Below, piece after piece: positions 25,521 to 37,489 of a stretch of DNA of 64,000 nt. The stretch is from Lama glama (Eukaryota). Position numbers and translations under genes: made by a program. The first letter of the stretch is position 1. Each line of letters begins with the position of its first letter. Where the stretch lies: assembly GCA_028534125.1 (NCBI GenBank), contig CM052818.1:1180001-1244000 (forward strand), given 5' to 3'. Below the pieces are notes generated by a model, which saw only the letters and a list, made by a program, of their open reading frames with translations, was not told the DNA's origin and did not search any database.

Positions 25521-27084
25521 TGGTATCTGGCAGACGATCTTGTGCATGTACAATAACTTTTCATGTCCATGCTCCATTATAGTGTAAGTTTTAAAAAGAT
25601 GTTTTAGGCAACAATTAGGAATCTAAGTTTAAGTTCAAATTCTGTGTGGATTGCTGTGGGCAGCTGACGTGACACTTGCATGAACAGATACCTCTACACG
25701 TAGCTGATTTCACCTATGCACAGGCAGTTGTGATGGAGAAAGGGTAAGTTCCCCCCTGCAACACACACTGTAAGGCACATGGTGATTTTTATAATGTTAA
25801 ATATGAGTAGATGCCTCTTAGAACAGAGGAGTTATGGCATTTGATTTTCCCTAGATGAATAGCCCATTGCTCCACTCCCATATTTGAATGGTCCTTTCCA
25901 TGGGAGTTGATACAGCTGCACTGACGCAGTTCATCTCCTCTACAGGTGGGGGTGTTTCTGGACTATTAACTCCATGGATTAATGCATCTGTTCCGGTGCG
26001 GGTTCAGGGGGCAAGCTCCCCTGTAGTCTTCTTTTTGAGACTTTTCTTGCACACTTGTCTTTCTGTCTGACTGCGCTTTCTTCCTCCCTACACTGTCCCT
26101 TTCACACAGGTGCTTCATTAGCCGTTCACAATCTGCATGATTTTGCATCACGATGGGTCTGATGTGAGAACATCTGTAGCAGTCAAGAGCATATTTTCCT
26201 CAGGACTTGGCATCAGCTTGGCATCAGCACGAAGCAACCTCTCCCCCCCTCTCTCTCATTCTTTCCCTCTCCCTTTCTCTCATCCCGTGACATCTCCCGG
26301 CATCACTGCTCCAACATCAGTTATGCCTGAGTCTTGAATGGTGTCAATCTGAGTTGAAAATGTGCCAGCTTTCTTAACATCGTCACTAACAGACTGCTTA
26401 ATTAACCTGCTGATACAGTCAATAATAGATCTTTTTTGGTGTGCTCAAAAGGAGACCCATAGCCCCTGGTTGGTCTCTCTCTCTCTTTTTCATTTGCTCA
26501 GTCTCTCAGTGTCTGTGTCTCCAGAGCTGGACTTCCCTGGAGTGCGATGGGAGGGATCTGGGAAGGTTTGAAAGGAAAACAGCAGACCTGAAGGTTCTGG
26601 AAGGGATCATGTAAGTGAAACCCCTGAAACAGACTGGCGCTCTCATTGCTCAAAGGCTAGTAACCAGTGCATACAGCAGGTGCTCAATAAATGGCCAACC
26701 ATTATATACAGTCAACAGAAGAGACTGCAGGGCACGCACCACTGGAGTAGGCAGTAAGAACTGTGGGTGTTCCAAGGGAGGAGCCTGGGGTTGCCATCAT
26801 TCTGGCTTTTAGGGTTTTCTCTGTCTTTTCCCCATCTGGGCAGCTTAGATGAGAAGGGGGCTCCGTCATCCCCAAAAGTCCCGGAGGGGAGAGAGACTGG
26901 GTCCTCACTCCCTTTCATGCCTTGTCCTTCATCTCAAGTGGTATTGTGTTTGAACCAAAGGCCTGCTCTGTCCTGCTGAGGCCACATCGCACATCCAGAA
27001 ACTTCGGAGAGCAGAAGATGCCACCACAAGCCTGAGACAGCTCTATCACCTCCAAAACCACACTCTCTCTTCTCTTTGTCTCCA

Positions 27085-27121
27085 ACACACACACACACAC
27101 ACGCACGCACACACACGCACA
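27085..27121. repeat. (CA)n/(CG) microsatellite
   Basis: acacacacacacacacacgcacgcacacacacgcac. Confidence 0.9.
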
Positions 27122-27502
27122 ATCGGGCTAGACATGTCTCCGTCGTCCCTGGCTTCTCTCTCCCTGGCCAGCCTATGAGCTCAGCCAGTACCCAGAGATC
27201 CCTTGGTGACACTAAGTGCAGCCCCTCCTTTTACACCCGGGCAGGGGGTGGAGTTCACAGAGTGAGCTGGTGGCTCCTGGCTTTAGGTAGATGCTCCTCT
27301 CCAGGACCACATTCCTGTGGCCTTGTCTTTACTGAGATGGTGTTGATGTTGGTGTTGGTGTGGTGGCAGTGGAAGAGGTTCTCAGAGGGCAGAGACTGAT
27401 GCCTTTCAGGGCAGAAAACCCCAATATCCTCTCCAGTGGTTTTGTTGGTTCTCCTGGGTACCGCGGACCTGGCGGACCCGGTGGACCCAGGGGTGTGATG
27501 AA

Positions 27503-27535
27503 TGCAGTACATTCATGCCACCACTAGAGGGCGTG
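27503..27535 (+). promoter_or_regulatory. CTCF motif with upstream module
   Basis: Core CCACTAGAGGGCG (27521-27533) preceded by TGCAGTAC (27503-27510). Confidence 0.7.
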
Positions 27536-27758
27536 TCACTAACGCAGGCCAGGTGCCCCATCCCAAGGCCACTCTAGGGGCCCTTCTGAGCCTTGAGCCC
27601 TGGGGGGCCCTGGGGCTGTCAGGAGCTCACCTCTGAGGATGAGGAGGGGGAGACACAGAACGAGGATTCAACCCCAAGCTCAGCTGGCCCGAAACCCAGG
27701 CTCCCATTCTCTCTTCCTTTACTTCAAATTCACCTGTCAGTCTCTGAATGTGTGTAAG

Positions 27759-27987
27759 TCTTGGGTTTTTCAACATCAGCATTGCTGACATGTTGGGCCG
27801 GATAATTCTTTGTTTTGGGGACTGTCCTGTGCATTGTAGGAAGTTTAGCAGCATCTCTGGTCTCTACCCACTAGATGCTGGTAGCAAGGCAACCCCCTGG
27901 GTTGCCCCGCCCCCAGTTGTGATCACCAGGAACGTCTCCAAACACTGCCAAATGTCTCCTAAAATTGGCCCCAGTTGAGAGCCCCTG
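27759..27987. mobile_element. MER20 hAT MITE
   Basis: Recognisable MER20 text: gggccggataattctttgt...ctgtcctgtgcattgtagga...ctctacccactagatgc...gtctccaaacactgccaaatgtc...ccagttgaga. Confidence 0.85.
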
Positions 27988-29683
27988 TTTGAGACAGGAG
28001 AGCATGCCTGCTGTGGAGACAGGAGGGACCAGTGCCGAAAAGGTCTGCCCGTGGTTCCCACTGCGACTGTGTCGTGTGGAAACATGAGAGCTGCTCGGAG
28101 ATGGCATATGTGCTGTAAATCCATTTGAAATTGTATTTGGTCTCCTGCTTTTCTTCTCCAAAGACTGCAGAGCATCTCAGTCTTCCCCTCTGTTTATTCC
28201 ACCTCCCCACTTTATTGAAACAGGAGACTGAGGCTCCGAGACCCCCAGGACCTCAAGCCGCCCCTCACCTGCAGAACCCTGTCCCCCAGCTGCAAGGGCC
28301 CTGGACTGCTCTGCTCCCCAGGGTTGGCTTGGGCATCAGGAGCATCTGCGGTCCTCCTCCCTCTCCACCTGCCCACTAGGCCCTGCCACCCTCCAGCTCC
28401 CCAAACCCTGGTGCTCCCCCCCTCCACTGGAGGGAGTGGGGAAGCAGCAGGTGTTGATGCTAATCAGCGTTCACAGCCCAGAACTGCAGTCGCTCCCAGG
28501 CTCACACACTCCCCAAAATTAAACACTCATTATACAAAATTAATTGACATTAATTAGCAAAAATTAAAACTTTAAACACAGCAAGGCGCTTTGGGGGGAG
28601 GAGTGAAGCAGGCGGGCTCCACATTTGTCACCCCCCAACTCCCCACCCTCCCACCACCCCCGAGTCCCCCCACTTCCATCTTGGAGCAGGGCCGGAGGAG
28701 TTCAGGTGAGGTCAGCACCCGCACCGTGCCCTGGGCTCCGGCCCAGCCGTGTGAAGCCCAAGGGAGAGGAGCCGAAAGAGGCTCCCTGTGCTAGTCACCA
28801 ACTGATGGGAGCCCCCCCCCCCACAACTCTGGCATTCTGTGCTTAACTAAGGAGCCAGGAGCCCTCCCCTCAGTCCAGGTCCCCATGATCTCAACTGCGA
28901 TGGGGAGGCGTGGCCAAAGGAGGAAACCCACGGGTCAGTCGGAAGTAAGAACGCAGAAGGTATGCCTTTACTGTGCCTGACCCCCACCCCCCTCTCCTGC
29001 CCCAAGCCCTTCCATTTGTGTATCCAAAGGATTAGGCACTGTAGCCTTTCAGCTCGGTCCTACTTTGTTTCATGACCTCAGATAAGTCACCCCCCCCTCC
29101 CCGGAGCCTCAGTTTTCCATCCATATGATGAGGGGGTGGTGCTGGGTGAGCACTGAGGTTCCTGCCTGCTCTGGCACCTGCTGTCAGGAAAGCAAATCTC
29201 TGGGAACTTGATCCACTCTGAGGAGCGAGGGGCTAAATGTAGGGGGCTGGCATTTCAAGAGGATGCTCAGAAAGGCAGCCCAAGGGACTGAGGTGCTGAC
29301 GGTGGAACATCAGACACCAGTGGAGGATGCATCTTCAGGCCAGAGCACCTCCCAGAGAGGCCTCCACTTTGCCTGCCTGTGGGGCTGCCCCTGAGGAGTG
29401 GAAGGCAGGGTCCTTCATAACCGCCGCTCTAAGCCCCAAACAGTTTCCCCCGCCTCTCCGACACTGGTCATTTTCCACCTTTGCTCACCAGGTTCCCAAA
29501 AGCCCCTCACCAGGCTGATAGGCAGACGGGCAACAGAATCACACCTTCAAGGACTGTGTCTGAACACAGACTCGGCGTTGATTCAACACCGTTGTTGCTT
29601 GCTGCGGGCGGAGCCCAGTGGTCTTCTCCACACGGTAGAATGCCGCCCTCCCCGCTCATTCCTGCTCCCCTGTCTCTCTCCAG

Positions 29684-29799
29684 CCAGTGCCAATATCTGC
29701 AACTTGGTCCTGATGCGGTACGGGGAGCTGGAGGAGGGGATTGATGTCCTGGATGGTGATGGCAACTGCGTGGGCTCCTCCAGGATCGCAGCCAGACAT
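29684..29799 (+). CDS. SFXN5: Sideroflexin-5 coding exon (116 nt)
   Basis: tgtctctctccag|...|gtgggt; translates (A)[38 protein letters not shown], the conserved MR..EL..GI.V.D motif. Confidence 0.97.
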
Positions 29800-31829
29800 G
29801 TGGGTTTTCCCGGGGCTCAGGGGGCAGGCAGGGGGGCTCTGGTTGATTTTTCCTGAGCATTTTCATTACACAGGGCTTCCGTCCACAGTGCCCTTGCTTT
29901 GTCCTTGTGATGGCTACTCCTCACTCCGCCCCATCCCATGTGTATGAGCCCAGGGCCTCAGGTCTGGCCCCAGCCACACCTGCCCCTTGATCATCCTTTC
30001 TTCTCTCTAATGGTCTTCTCATCACCACTGTGAAATGTGCCCATCTCTTGCCCCAGCCCCTCAGGAAGAGGTTTCTCTGATCTGTTAATTGGCGAGGGCA
30101 GAGGAGACCCCCCCCGAGCTTTCTTTCCCTTCCCCGGGACCTAGGGCCCTGCTCCTGGGACCTTCATGTCCTCCTGGGTAAGAAGAGGATGCGGGGCAGC
30201 GAATGCTTTGTGGTTTTGTGCTAATAGGCACTCCTGTAGGTGATGTGTCGCTAGGGAGTTAGTGTGGCCGAGGTGCAGGGATTTCGGGCTTGCAGGAAGC
30301 CACAGGGTGGTTTAGGGAAGAATATTTTGTTACAAGAAGGCCCTCTTTCACTTCTGGTTTCCCCAGCCTCACCCACTCTAGCAGTTGTAATAAAAAAAAA
30401 AGAAAAATCCAGTCTGTTAGTGCCTCTCCCTGTGCTTTCCAGCCTTCATCTTCATGGCTATTGGTGGCTCGTCCTGCTCTGGCCTCCAATTGCTGGGACA
30501 GGGCGGTCACCTGTGAGGTAGCTGAACATTCGCCTCTGCTCCAGCCTCTGTCCCGCCTCAGCTCCCTCGTGGAGCCCCGAGACTCACTCTTCAGGGACGG
30601 AAGAGTCCTCTTGGTCCTGGTCCTTCCCTCCCCCCTGATCTCAGGGAAAGTGAGGGCCCGTCCAAGACTTGTGAGGGCCAAGGGGCTCGGGGGTGCCAGA
30701 GCCAACACCGCGTCCTCTGCTCCCTGCACTGCTCTGGGGCCCCCGGTCATTCTCGCACCTGTTTCAGAGACTGGAGGGACCCTCTCCCAGGCCTTCTTGA
30801 GGCTGATCATGAAGGACTCAAGTTCCTGGGAGAAATATTCAGCCCTGAGCCCATCATCAGAGAGGATTTGGCCTCAATTTCTGGCCTGACCCTGGCCTCC
30901 TATCCCACCCTGGCCTCTTCCCGGACTTGCTGTGAGGGAGGCTGACCGTGATCAGGCCTCCTCGTGGTCCGAACAGCAGGGAACCAAGCTCTTCTGCGGC
31001 CCTGGGCTTCCCTCGTCCTGGCCCTGTCAGCCCTGGCTGTCTGGGGAAAGACTCCAGGGACCCGTGGGTTACAAGACATTCCTGGAGCCTTCTCTGAGGG
31101 CCGGGAGCCCATGGGGTTAAAGAACTTCTTACCATGATGGTCAGAGTGCAGATCTACCACTGAGCTTTGCCTTGACCGAGCCCTGCCCACCCAGGAATCC
31201 CGAGGGAGCCCCCAGAGCCAGGCCCCAGGAAGACACCAGACCCTCCGCAGAAGAATTGCCCCCTTTCAAAGCCGACCTCTTGTCACTCGGGAAGACTCTC
31301 ATCCAGAGCCAAGAGATGCCAGATCCTCCAAATCTTTGTTTTCAGGGGATGTCAAAAAGAAAAAAGTAAATCCCAGAATTTCTGTTCTCTCTGGGCCCCG
31401 GGAGCCTCACGCTCCCCAGCTGTTTGTTCGGGTCCTTGCGATGCCTGCTTTGGTTTCAGAGCATCTCAAGTCCTGCATGTGCTTCCTCCCCAGCCCCTGC
31501 ACCCCGCCACCCCACCCCCGGGGCACCTCCCTAGGCGCAGGCCCCATCCTGGGGGCGCTTCTGCTCTGCCACCCCTCCCCCATACGTGGCAGGTGACAGG
31601 GATCTGCTCTTTTCAGATGAACGTGCTGGGAAGACGGGGTGGCTTTTTTTCTGTTGTTCAGAATACAGCTTTGTGAGCAAGTCCATGAATTATTCTGCTC
31701 AGCCAGTTGTGCTTAGCAGTGGTACACACACCTAGGGGCTCCGGTGCAAGATTTGCTGCCAGGAGGCTGTCCCACCCCTAGGAACTCCCCCACCCCCACT
31801 GCTCACCACAGCCTCTGCTTGCCCCTCAG

Positions 31830-31915
31830 GCCCTGCTGGAGACGGCGCTGATGCGAGTGGTCCTCCCCATGTCCATCCTGGTGGTACCCCCGATCATCCT
31901 GTCCATGCTGGAGAA
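31830..31915 (+). CDS. SFXN5: Sideroflexin-5 coding exon (86 nt)
   Basis: gcttgcccctcag|...|gtgagt; translates [28 protein letters not shown](K); not in the ORF track, found by reading. Confidence 0.95.
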
Positions 31916-32109
31916 GTGAGTGGGGGCCCAGGACAGAGGGCTGAGGGCAGGGGAAGGGGGGCCTGCTGGCCCAGGTCAAGGGGCCTGGTTTGTTCAGACT
32001 CCCCCAGCAGGGCTGCTGGAATTATTCTGTGTGCTGGAGCCTGCGCTAGGTGCTAGGAAGGATGTCCAGACGGACAAGGTGGGCCCTGCCTAGGAGCCGT
32101 CGGTTCCGG

Positions 32110-32155
32110 GGTGTGCATGCGTGTGCGTGTGCGTGTGTGTGTGTGTGTGCATGTG
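32110..32155. repeat. (TG)n/(CG) microsatellite
   Basis: gtgtgcatgcgtgtgcgtgtgcgtgtgtgtgtgtgtgtgcatgtg. Confidence 0.9.
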
Positions 32156-32219
32156 CTCTGCTGGTGCAGAGTGTGGGACCAGTTGTGAGGACAGAATCTG
32201 AGGACTATGGTGGGAGGAC

Positions 32220-32345
32220 CAGACTTGGGGACTGTGCACCCCTTTCAGGCGTCTGCCATGAGGCAAGCCACCTCACTGAGCCTCAGTTTCTCCATTTATA
32301 AAATAATAGTCCTAACCGCCCTGCCTGCCTCAGAGGGCTGTTCCG
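32220..32345 (+). mobile_element. MIR SINE fragment
   Basis: ggcaagccacctcactgagcctcagtttctccatttataaaataatag. Confidence 0.65.
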
Positions 32346-32829
32346 AGAACACACATTTGCCCTGACTGTAAAGAAATCAGGGGATACAACAGTTAGAACA
32401 AGGATAGAGTGATTCTGTTAATTAATGAGTGTGGAATTGAATCATGAAGATGGAAATGCTGCTGGAAGGAGAGGCTGAGGAGAGGAGGAGGGAGCAAGGT
32501 TTGGGCAGGAACTGAGGCCTCGGGTAAGTCTAGCAGGAAGAGACGGGAGGGAGCGAGGAAGGGTTCCAGGCTTGGGGGAGAAAGATGAGCAGAAGCCTGG
32601 AGGGCTGGTGCAGGTAAAAGCGAGGAGGGGATCGCCCCCTCCCCCCGGGGGTCCAGCCTGGGAGGGGGCACCTCAAGGCAGGCTTTGGACTTGGGGGCTG
32701 TGTAGGATAAGGACGGGGTTGGGGACACTCCATCTGGGGTTCTGGGGCAGGGGCTTCTGCCCAATTTGGGGACCTTCTTAGTCCCACAAAACCAATTACA
32801 ATAACAGCTAATACTTATGAAGCACTTGC

Positions 32830-33300
32830 TACATCACCCAGTCCTCTCTCAGTCAGGTCTCTGCCCGAATGCTGTCTCCTCGAGATGTTCTCTGACCACC
32901 CCATCGAGAATACGGCCACTGTGACTCCCTCCCCACTTACACTGCCTTATTTTTACTCACAGCATTTATCAGTATCTGAGGGTCTTTATCTAGCTGCCTG
33001 CTCCATTAGAATGTTACCTCCACGGAGGCAGGTAAATTCCCTTTTTTCCTGCCCTGTGCAGCATCTAGCATAGTTCTTGGCACATAGCGGATGCTCAGTA
33101 CATGTTTGTTGAATGAATAAATGATCTCATTAAACATTTGCAATGTTGCAATGGGGTGAGTATGGTAACCCCATTTTACAGGTGAGGGAAGGAAAGCAAG
33201 GAGAGATTTTAGCACCTGCTTCCAGTCATACACTAGGAAGTGGCAGAGCCAGAGTGGCTCAGGAATATGGCTGCAAAGCTGCTCTTCCTACCACACTGGC
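32830..33300. mobile_element. L2 3' end (+) embedded in or adjoining a MIR (-)
   Basis: tggcacatagcggatgctcagtacatgtttgttgaatgaat (L2 terminus), followed by ccccattttacaggtgagggaa...ggaagtggcagagcc (MIR). Confidence 0.7.
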
Positions 33301-36074
33301 TGCCTCTTGGGTTTTCAGATCACATCACATAATCAGCATGTCTGTGGAACCCACCCTGCATGGAGATGGAGGAGGAGCAGATTTGGGGGCATAGCCTGAG
33401 AAAGCCTGGTTTTGGTAAGGGTGTGACCCACACGCAGGTCAGCTGTAGGACCCGGCAGTGTGTGCACAGGGTGAAGGTGACCTTGAGGGGAGGGAGCATT
33501 ATGGGCTCAGCAGCAGGGAGGATGGTCCAGAGGAAAGGGGCTGCAGCTGGTTCTGAGAGCAAGACAGGATTTGGGTGGAAGGGAGGGCTTTCTGGGCAAG
33601 GGGTGGGCCTGTTGTGTGGACGTCATTGTCGAAGAGCCCAGCCCAGCAGAAACGAAGCACGCTTGTCGAAGCCAGCTGAGGGGGTGATAGCTTTCTTCAT
33701 TTACAAGAATGGGGAGGTGCAGGGTCACGGTGGGCACCTGAGCAGGGGATGGCATGTTGAATATTGAAATTTAAGAAAATTAATCTCCTTTGGAAATTGC
33801 AAAAATAAACAAACCCTGGGAAGCAATAGCTCTTGTGCCCCTGAACCTTGTAGACACAGCTCCTTGGTGAACCAAGTCTGTCCCCGAATGCCAGTGACTG
33901 TAAGTGCGCATGAGGAGACCACAGAGCAAATTAGGAAGGGAGGGTTTCTGTCCTCAAGGCTCTTGACTTCTGAACCTTGGAATTTGCTTGGGGAAAATGT
34001 GGTCTGTGATGCCTTTCTGGTGGCATCTGTGTTGGGTTTGCAGAAAAATTGGAGTGATGGTTAGTGTCCCTTTGGTTTGAGTACTTAAACTTGGCTTTGG
34101 GAGGCATGGGAGTTGAGGCTGGATTGTTCTGGTCCCAGCCTGGAATCTGCCCGGAGCCCAGGCACCCAGTCAGACACTCCCTGAGTGTCTGGCTCAGCTC
34201 AGGGTCCAAGGAAGCCCTCGGGTAAGTAGAGGCGGGTTAGCTGCTGGGTCTCCTGCCAGACTTGTATTTGGTCGATCTGTCCCCGAAGCTAGAGCTTGGC
34301 ACTTTGCACCATCCAGCAGGCCCCTGGCTCTTGGCTCGGCCCCCACAGAGCACCCGCTAGCCTTTCCATGCAGGGAGGTATGCTGATGGTAGGGCATCTG
34401 CCCAAGAGGCTGATGGGAGACACAGCCCCCTGGACCCTCGGAGAGCCCCAGTTGGGTGAGGGAGTCAGGACAGCCAGGGAAAAAAGACAAAAGAACACTT
34501 ACAAAGCAGCCTACTTGCAAATTAATGGAGTGCAAAACTAAACCCGCTCCAAGTGCTGAGGGAATGCGCAGCAATGGGGAGACAAGCTGTTGTGTGGCGG
34601 TTGCGGCTGGGCCGGCTGGCTTCCCGGCCTCAGTTTCTCCTCCTCTTGGGAGGATCTCTCAGCATGAGGTCCCTGGGTTTCCTGCTAGGACAGGAGAGGT
34701 GGGAGGGTGTGTTCAGGTGTCCCTGGCTCAACGACTGAAAGGAAGAGTCTCAAGTCAGAAGCCCAAGGATCCTGCAACCCCCACCCCATCCTCCCCAGTC
34801 CACAGGGAGGGCCTCCCTCTGGGGGGCTGCACACACGGAACCTCCCCTCACTCTCCCCTCAGGCCGAGGGCTCACACTCCAGCTCCACCATCCTGAGGAG
34901 GAATCTGGTTTTAGACTCAGGGCTCGGAGAGCAGCCCCCACAACGTGATCCCCCCAACTAAGAGGCAGGCGGGGAGCTCTCTTTCCCCACAGCCCTGCAT
35001 CCCTGGCCCTGGCCCTGGAGCTCACCAGCCCCACCCCCTGGGTAGGTCTCAGCGGGGTGGAGGTTCAGGCCACGCCCTCCACGGTGGTTCCTGAGGCCAC
35101 TCCCCAGCCTCCCTCATTCCCTGGCATCCGGGTCTTTCCTCTCTCCCAGGCATTCGCACATCTCTCCATCTGCATATTTTAACTCCCCCAGCTGCCTTTC
35201 CAATCCCTCCCTGCCATCTCCCTCTGCTCCTCCCCTCCCCCGTCCTGCTGTGTTCACTCTCCCGCCTGGGCGGGACTTCAGAGGCTCCTGTTTGGCTGCT
35301 GTCTGAACCCGCCTCCTTCCTGAGTGGGGAGCACAGGCCTGGGGCTTCCTGGGTCCCCTTCACAGTGAGGGCTTCAGCCAGCCACCCGGGGAGAGGAGCC
35401 AAAGTCCCAGCTCCACATGGAGGAGCTCTGTCCAGTGTCCCCATGGAATGAGCCCCTGGCCTGCCCCTCGCCAGCCAGGGAGGGAACCTCCCTCTGGGAC
35501 CCTCGAGACTGTACCTCCAGGGACTCCACACCCTCCTTTCCCCCATTCCCAGTGTGCTGGTCCCCCTCACTGCCCCTGGGGCAGGAGTACTCATCTCCTA
35601 GTCCTGCTGGAGAAGTTGACCTGAGTTGAAACCCATCTCAGGACCCATCTCAGCCTTACTCCAAGCTCCTGCATGACTCCCGTGGGAGCCCAGGAGGCCT
35701 CAGGCTGAGTCCATGGGGAGGGGGGCGTGAGGCTCACCTGGAAGATGATGGGGCATCTGGACCATGGGAGATGGGAGGTCAGAAGGGCCTAAGCTTGATT
35801 TAGGCACCTTTGTCCCTCTGCTCTTAGTCCTGTGCAAGTCCTCCTCCCCAGTAGCTCACTTCAGGCCTAATTCAACAGATCTTGGGGTCTGGGCCAGCAG
35901 GGAGGGCTTCAGGACAGCCCAGCCACCAGGATCCGCCCTCCTACCTGCCCGTAACAACAGCAACACTAACACACAGTTACTGAGCACTAACTGTGTCCAG
36001 GCCTTTCACTTGAACAGAATTTACAAGTAATTGGATCTTCATTGGTACCTTAGGAGGAACATCCCAGTCCAGAG

Positions 36075-36220
36075 TTTTGAAGAAGTGTGGTCTGGGGTCA
36101 CCTGTTTTAGACTCACAGAAGGTTCCCAGGTGTAGTACCACCTGAATCAGCATCTCATAGGGGTAAAGGATTCTGCATTTTAACCAGCTGCCTAGATACT
36201 GAAGTTTGAGAACCGCTGCT
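36075..36220. mobile_element. MER5A-like hAT MITE relic
   Basis: aagtgtggtc...ctgaatcagcatctc...tctgcattttaac...aagtttgagaaccgctgc. Confidence 0.65.
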
Positions 36221-37325
36221 CCAAATTTTGCTGTCTGCTTAGAGCCAGTTGCTCTTGGGGTTCATGTCCCAGGAGGTGAAGGTGTTGCAGGATTTGCCAG
36301 CCCCCAACCCCACTAAGGCCCTGTCCCCGGGAGGCGAGGGGCAAGAGCCCTGGTTGTATCTTCTTCACACCAGGAGCCAGTCCTATGAAGGCTGACGCTT
36401 ACGGGGGGCAGATTTGGTGCCCACCCAACGTGCCTTGGCAAATCCATCAAACCAAGTGCAATGCCTGGTGGTCTTGACCAGGGCTTGATGGATTACACAG
36501 AATGAAAAGCTCTGATGGACAACACAGTGAAGGCGGACTTGCCAGCTGCTGTGGCCTCCCCTCTGCCTGGAGAGCCGTTTTTATCATGGGGCTGGGGGAC
36601 CCAGGGTCCCGGGGGGAGGCTTTCAGACCTCTCTTTCCTGCCCAGGAATCCTACCCGTGATGCTCACCATGGGGAGGGGTGCCCGCTGTGAGCTGGTGAT
36701 GAAGCTGGCAAAGGGTCCGTAAGGCAGGAGCTGGAGCAGCTCAGTGACAGTGCTCGTTGGGAGTCAGGAGTCCAGGTGGCAGCCCTGCCTGCCTCCTACA
36801 GACTTGACCCTGGCCTTGGGCAAGTCACTGCCCCTCTCCATGGCTCACGGATAGAAGCTGACCAGGTGGTTAGTGGGGTGTGTTCTGTTCCCATACCCAG
36901 AAGACGATCATCCCCTCCTGGCTGTGTACGTGTGTGCATGTGTGTACGTGAATGTGTGTGTGGTCTGTTCACTATTTCAATATGTGCTGCCTTCAAGGAC
37001 CATCTTCCCCGGCTGTGTCCCCGCCCCCCTCGTGGTCTTCCCCACATGTGGCCTTCTTTGCACAGGGCTCGACACCAAGTTGGGTGGGTGCCCCGCAAGT
37101 GCTCATCGATGATTTATGGTTGAGATTTCAACCAGCAGTAGCCTTCAGGGGAGGGCCTGGGGAGTGGGACGCCCACAGGGGAAGGTCCCAAAGACAGAAT
37201 TCCTCCACAAATATTTAGCTACAGGCTGGCACTGGCCCTTGGACTCAGTGGGACCCAGCGTGGTGGCTAGTGGCCAGTCACCCTGTCTTTGGGTCTCACG
37301 GGCTCCCCTCTTCTCTCCCCCGCAG

Positions 37326-37444
37326 GACGGCTCTCCTGCAGGCGCGCCCCCGGCTGCTCCTCCCCGTGCAAAGCCTCCTGTGCCTGGCAGCCCTGCTGCC
37401 TGGCCCTGCCGCTGGCCATCAGCCTCTTCCCACAGATGTCAGAG
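37326..37444 (+). CDS. SFXN5: Sideroflexin-5 penultimate exon, 119 nt with an apparent +1 frameshift near 37391-37397
   Basis: ctctccccgcag|...|gtcagt; TALLQARPRLLLPVQSLLCLAA is in one frame (ORF 37270..37530) and LALPLAISLFPQMSE in another (ORF 37289..37504). Confidence 0.93.
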
Positions 37445-37489
37445 GTCAGTGGAGGGAGGGGCTTAAGGGCAGGACAGGGAGGGTTGCGG

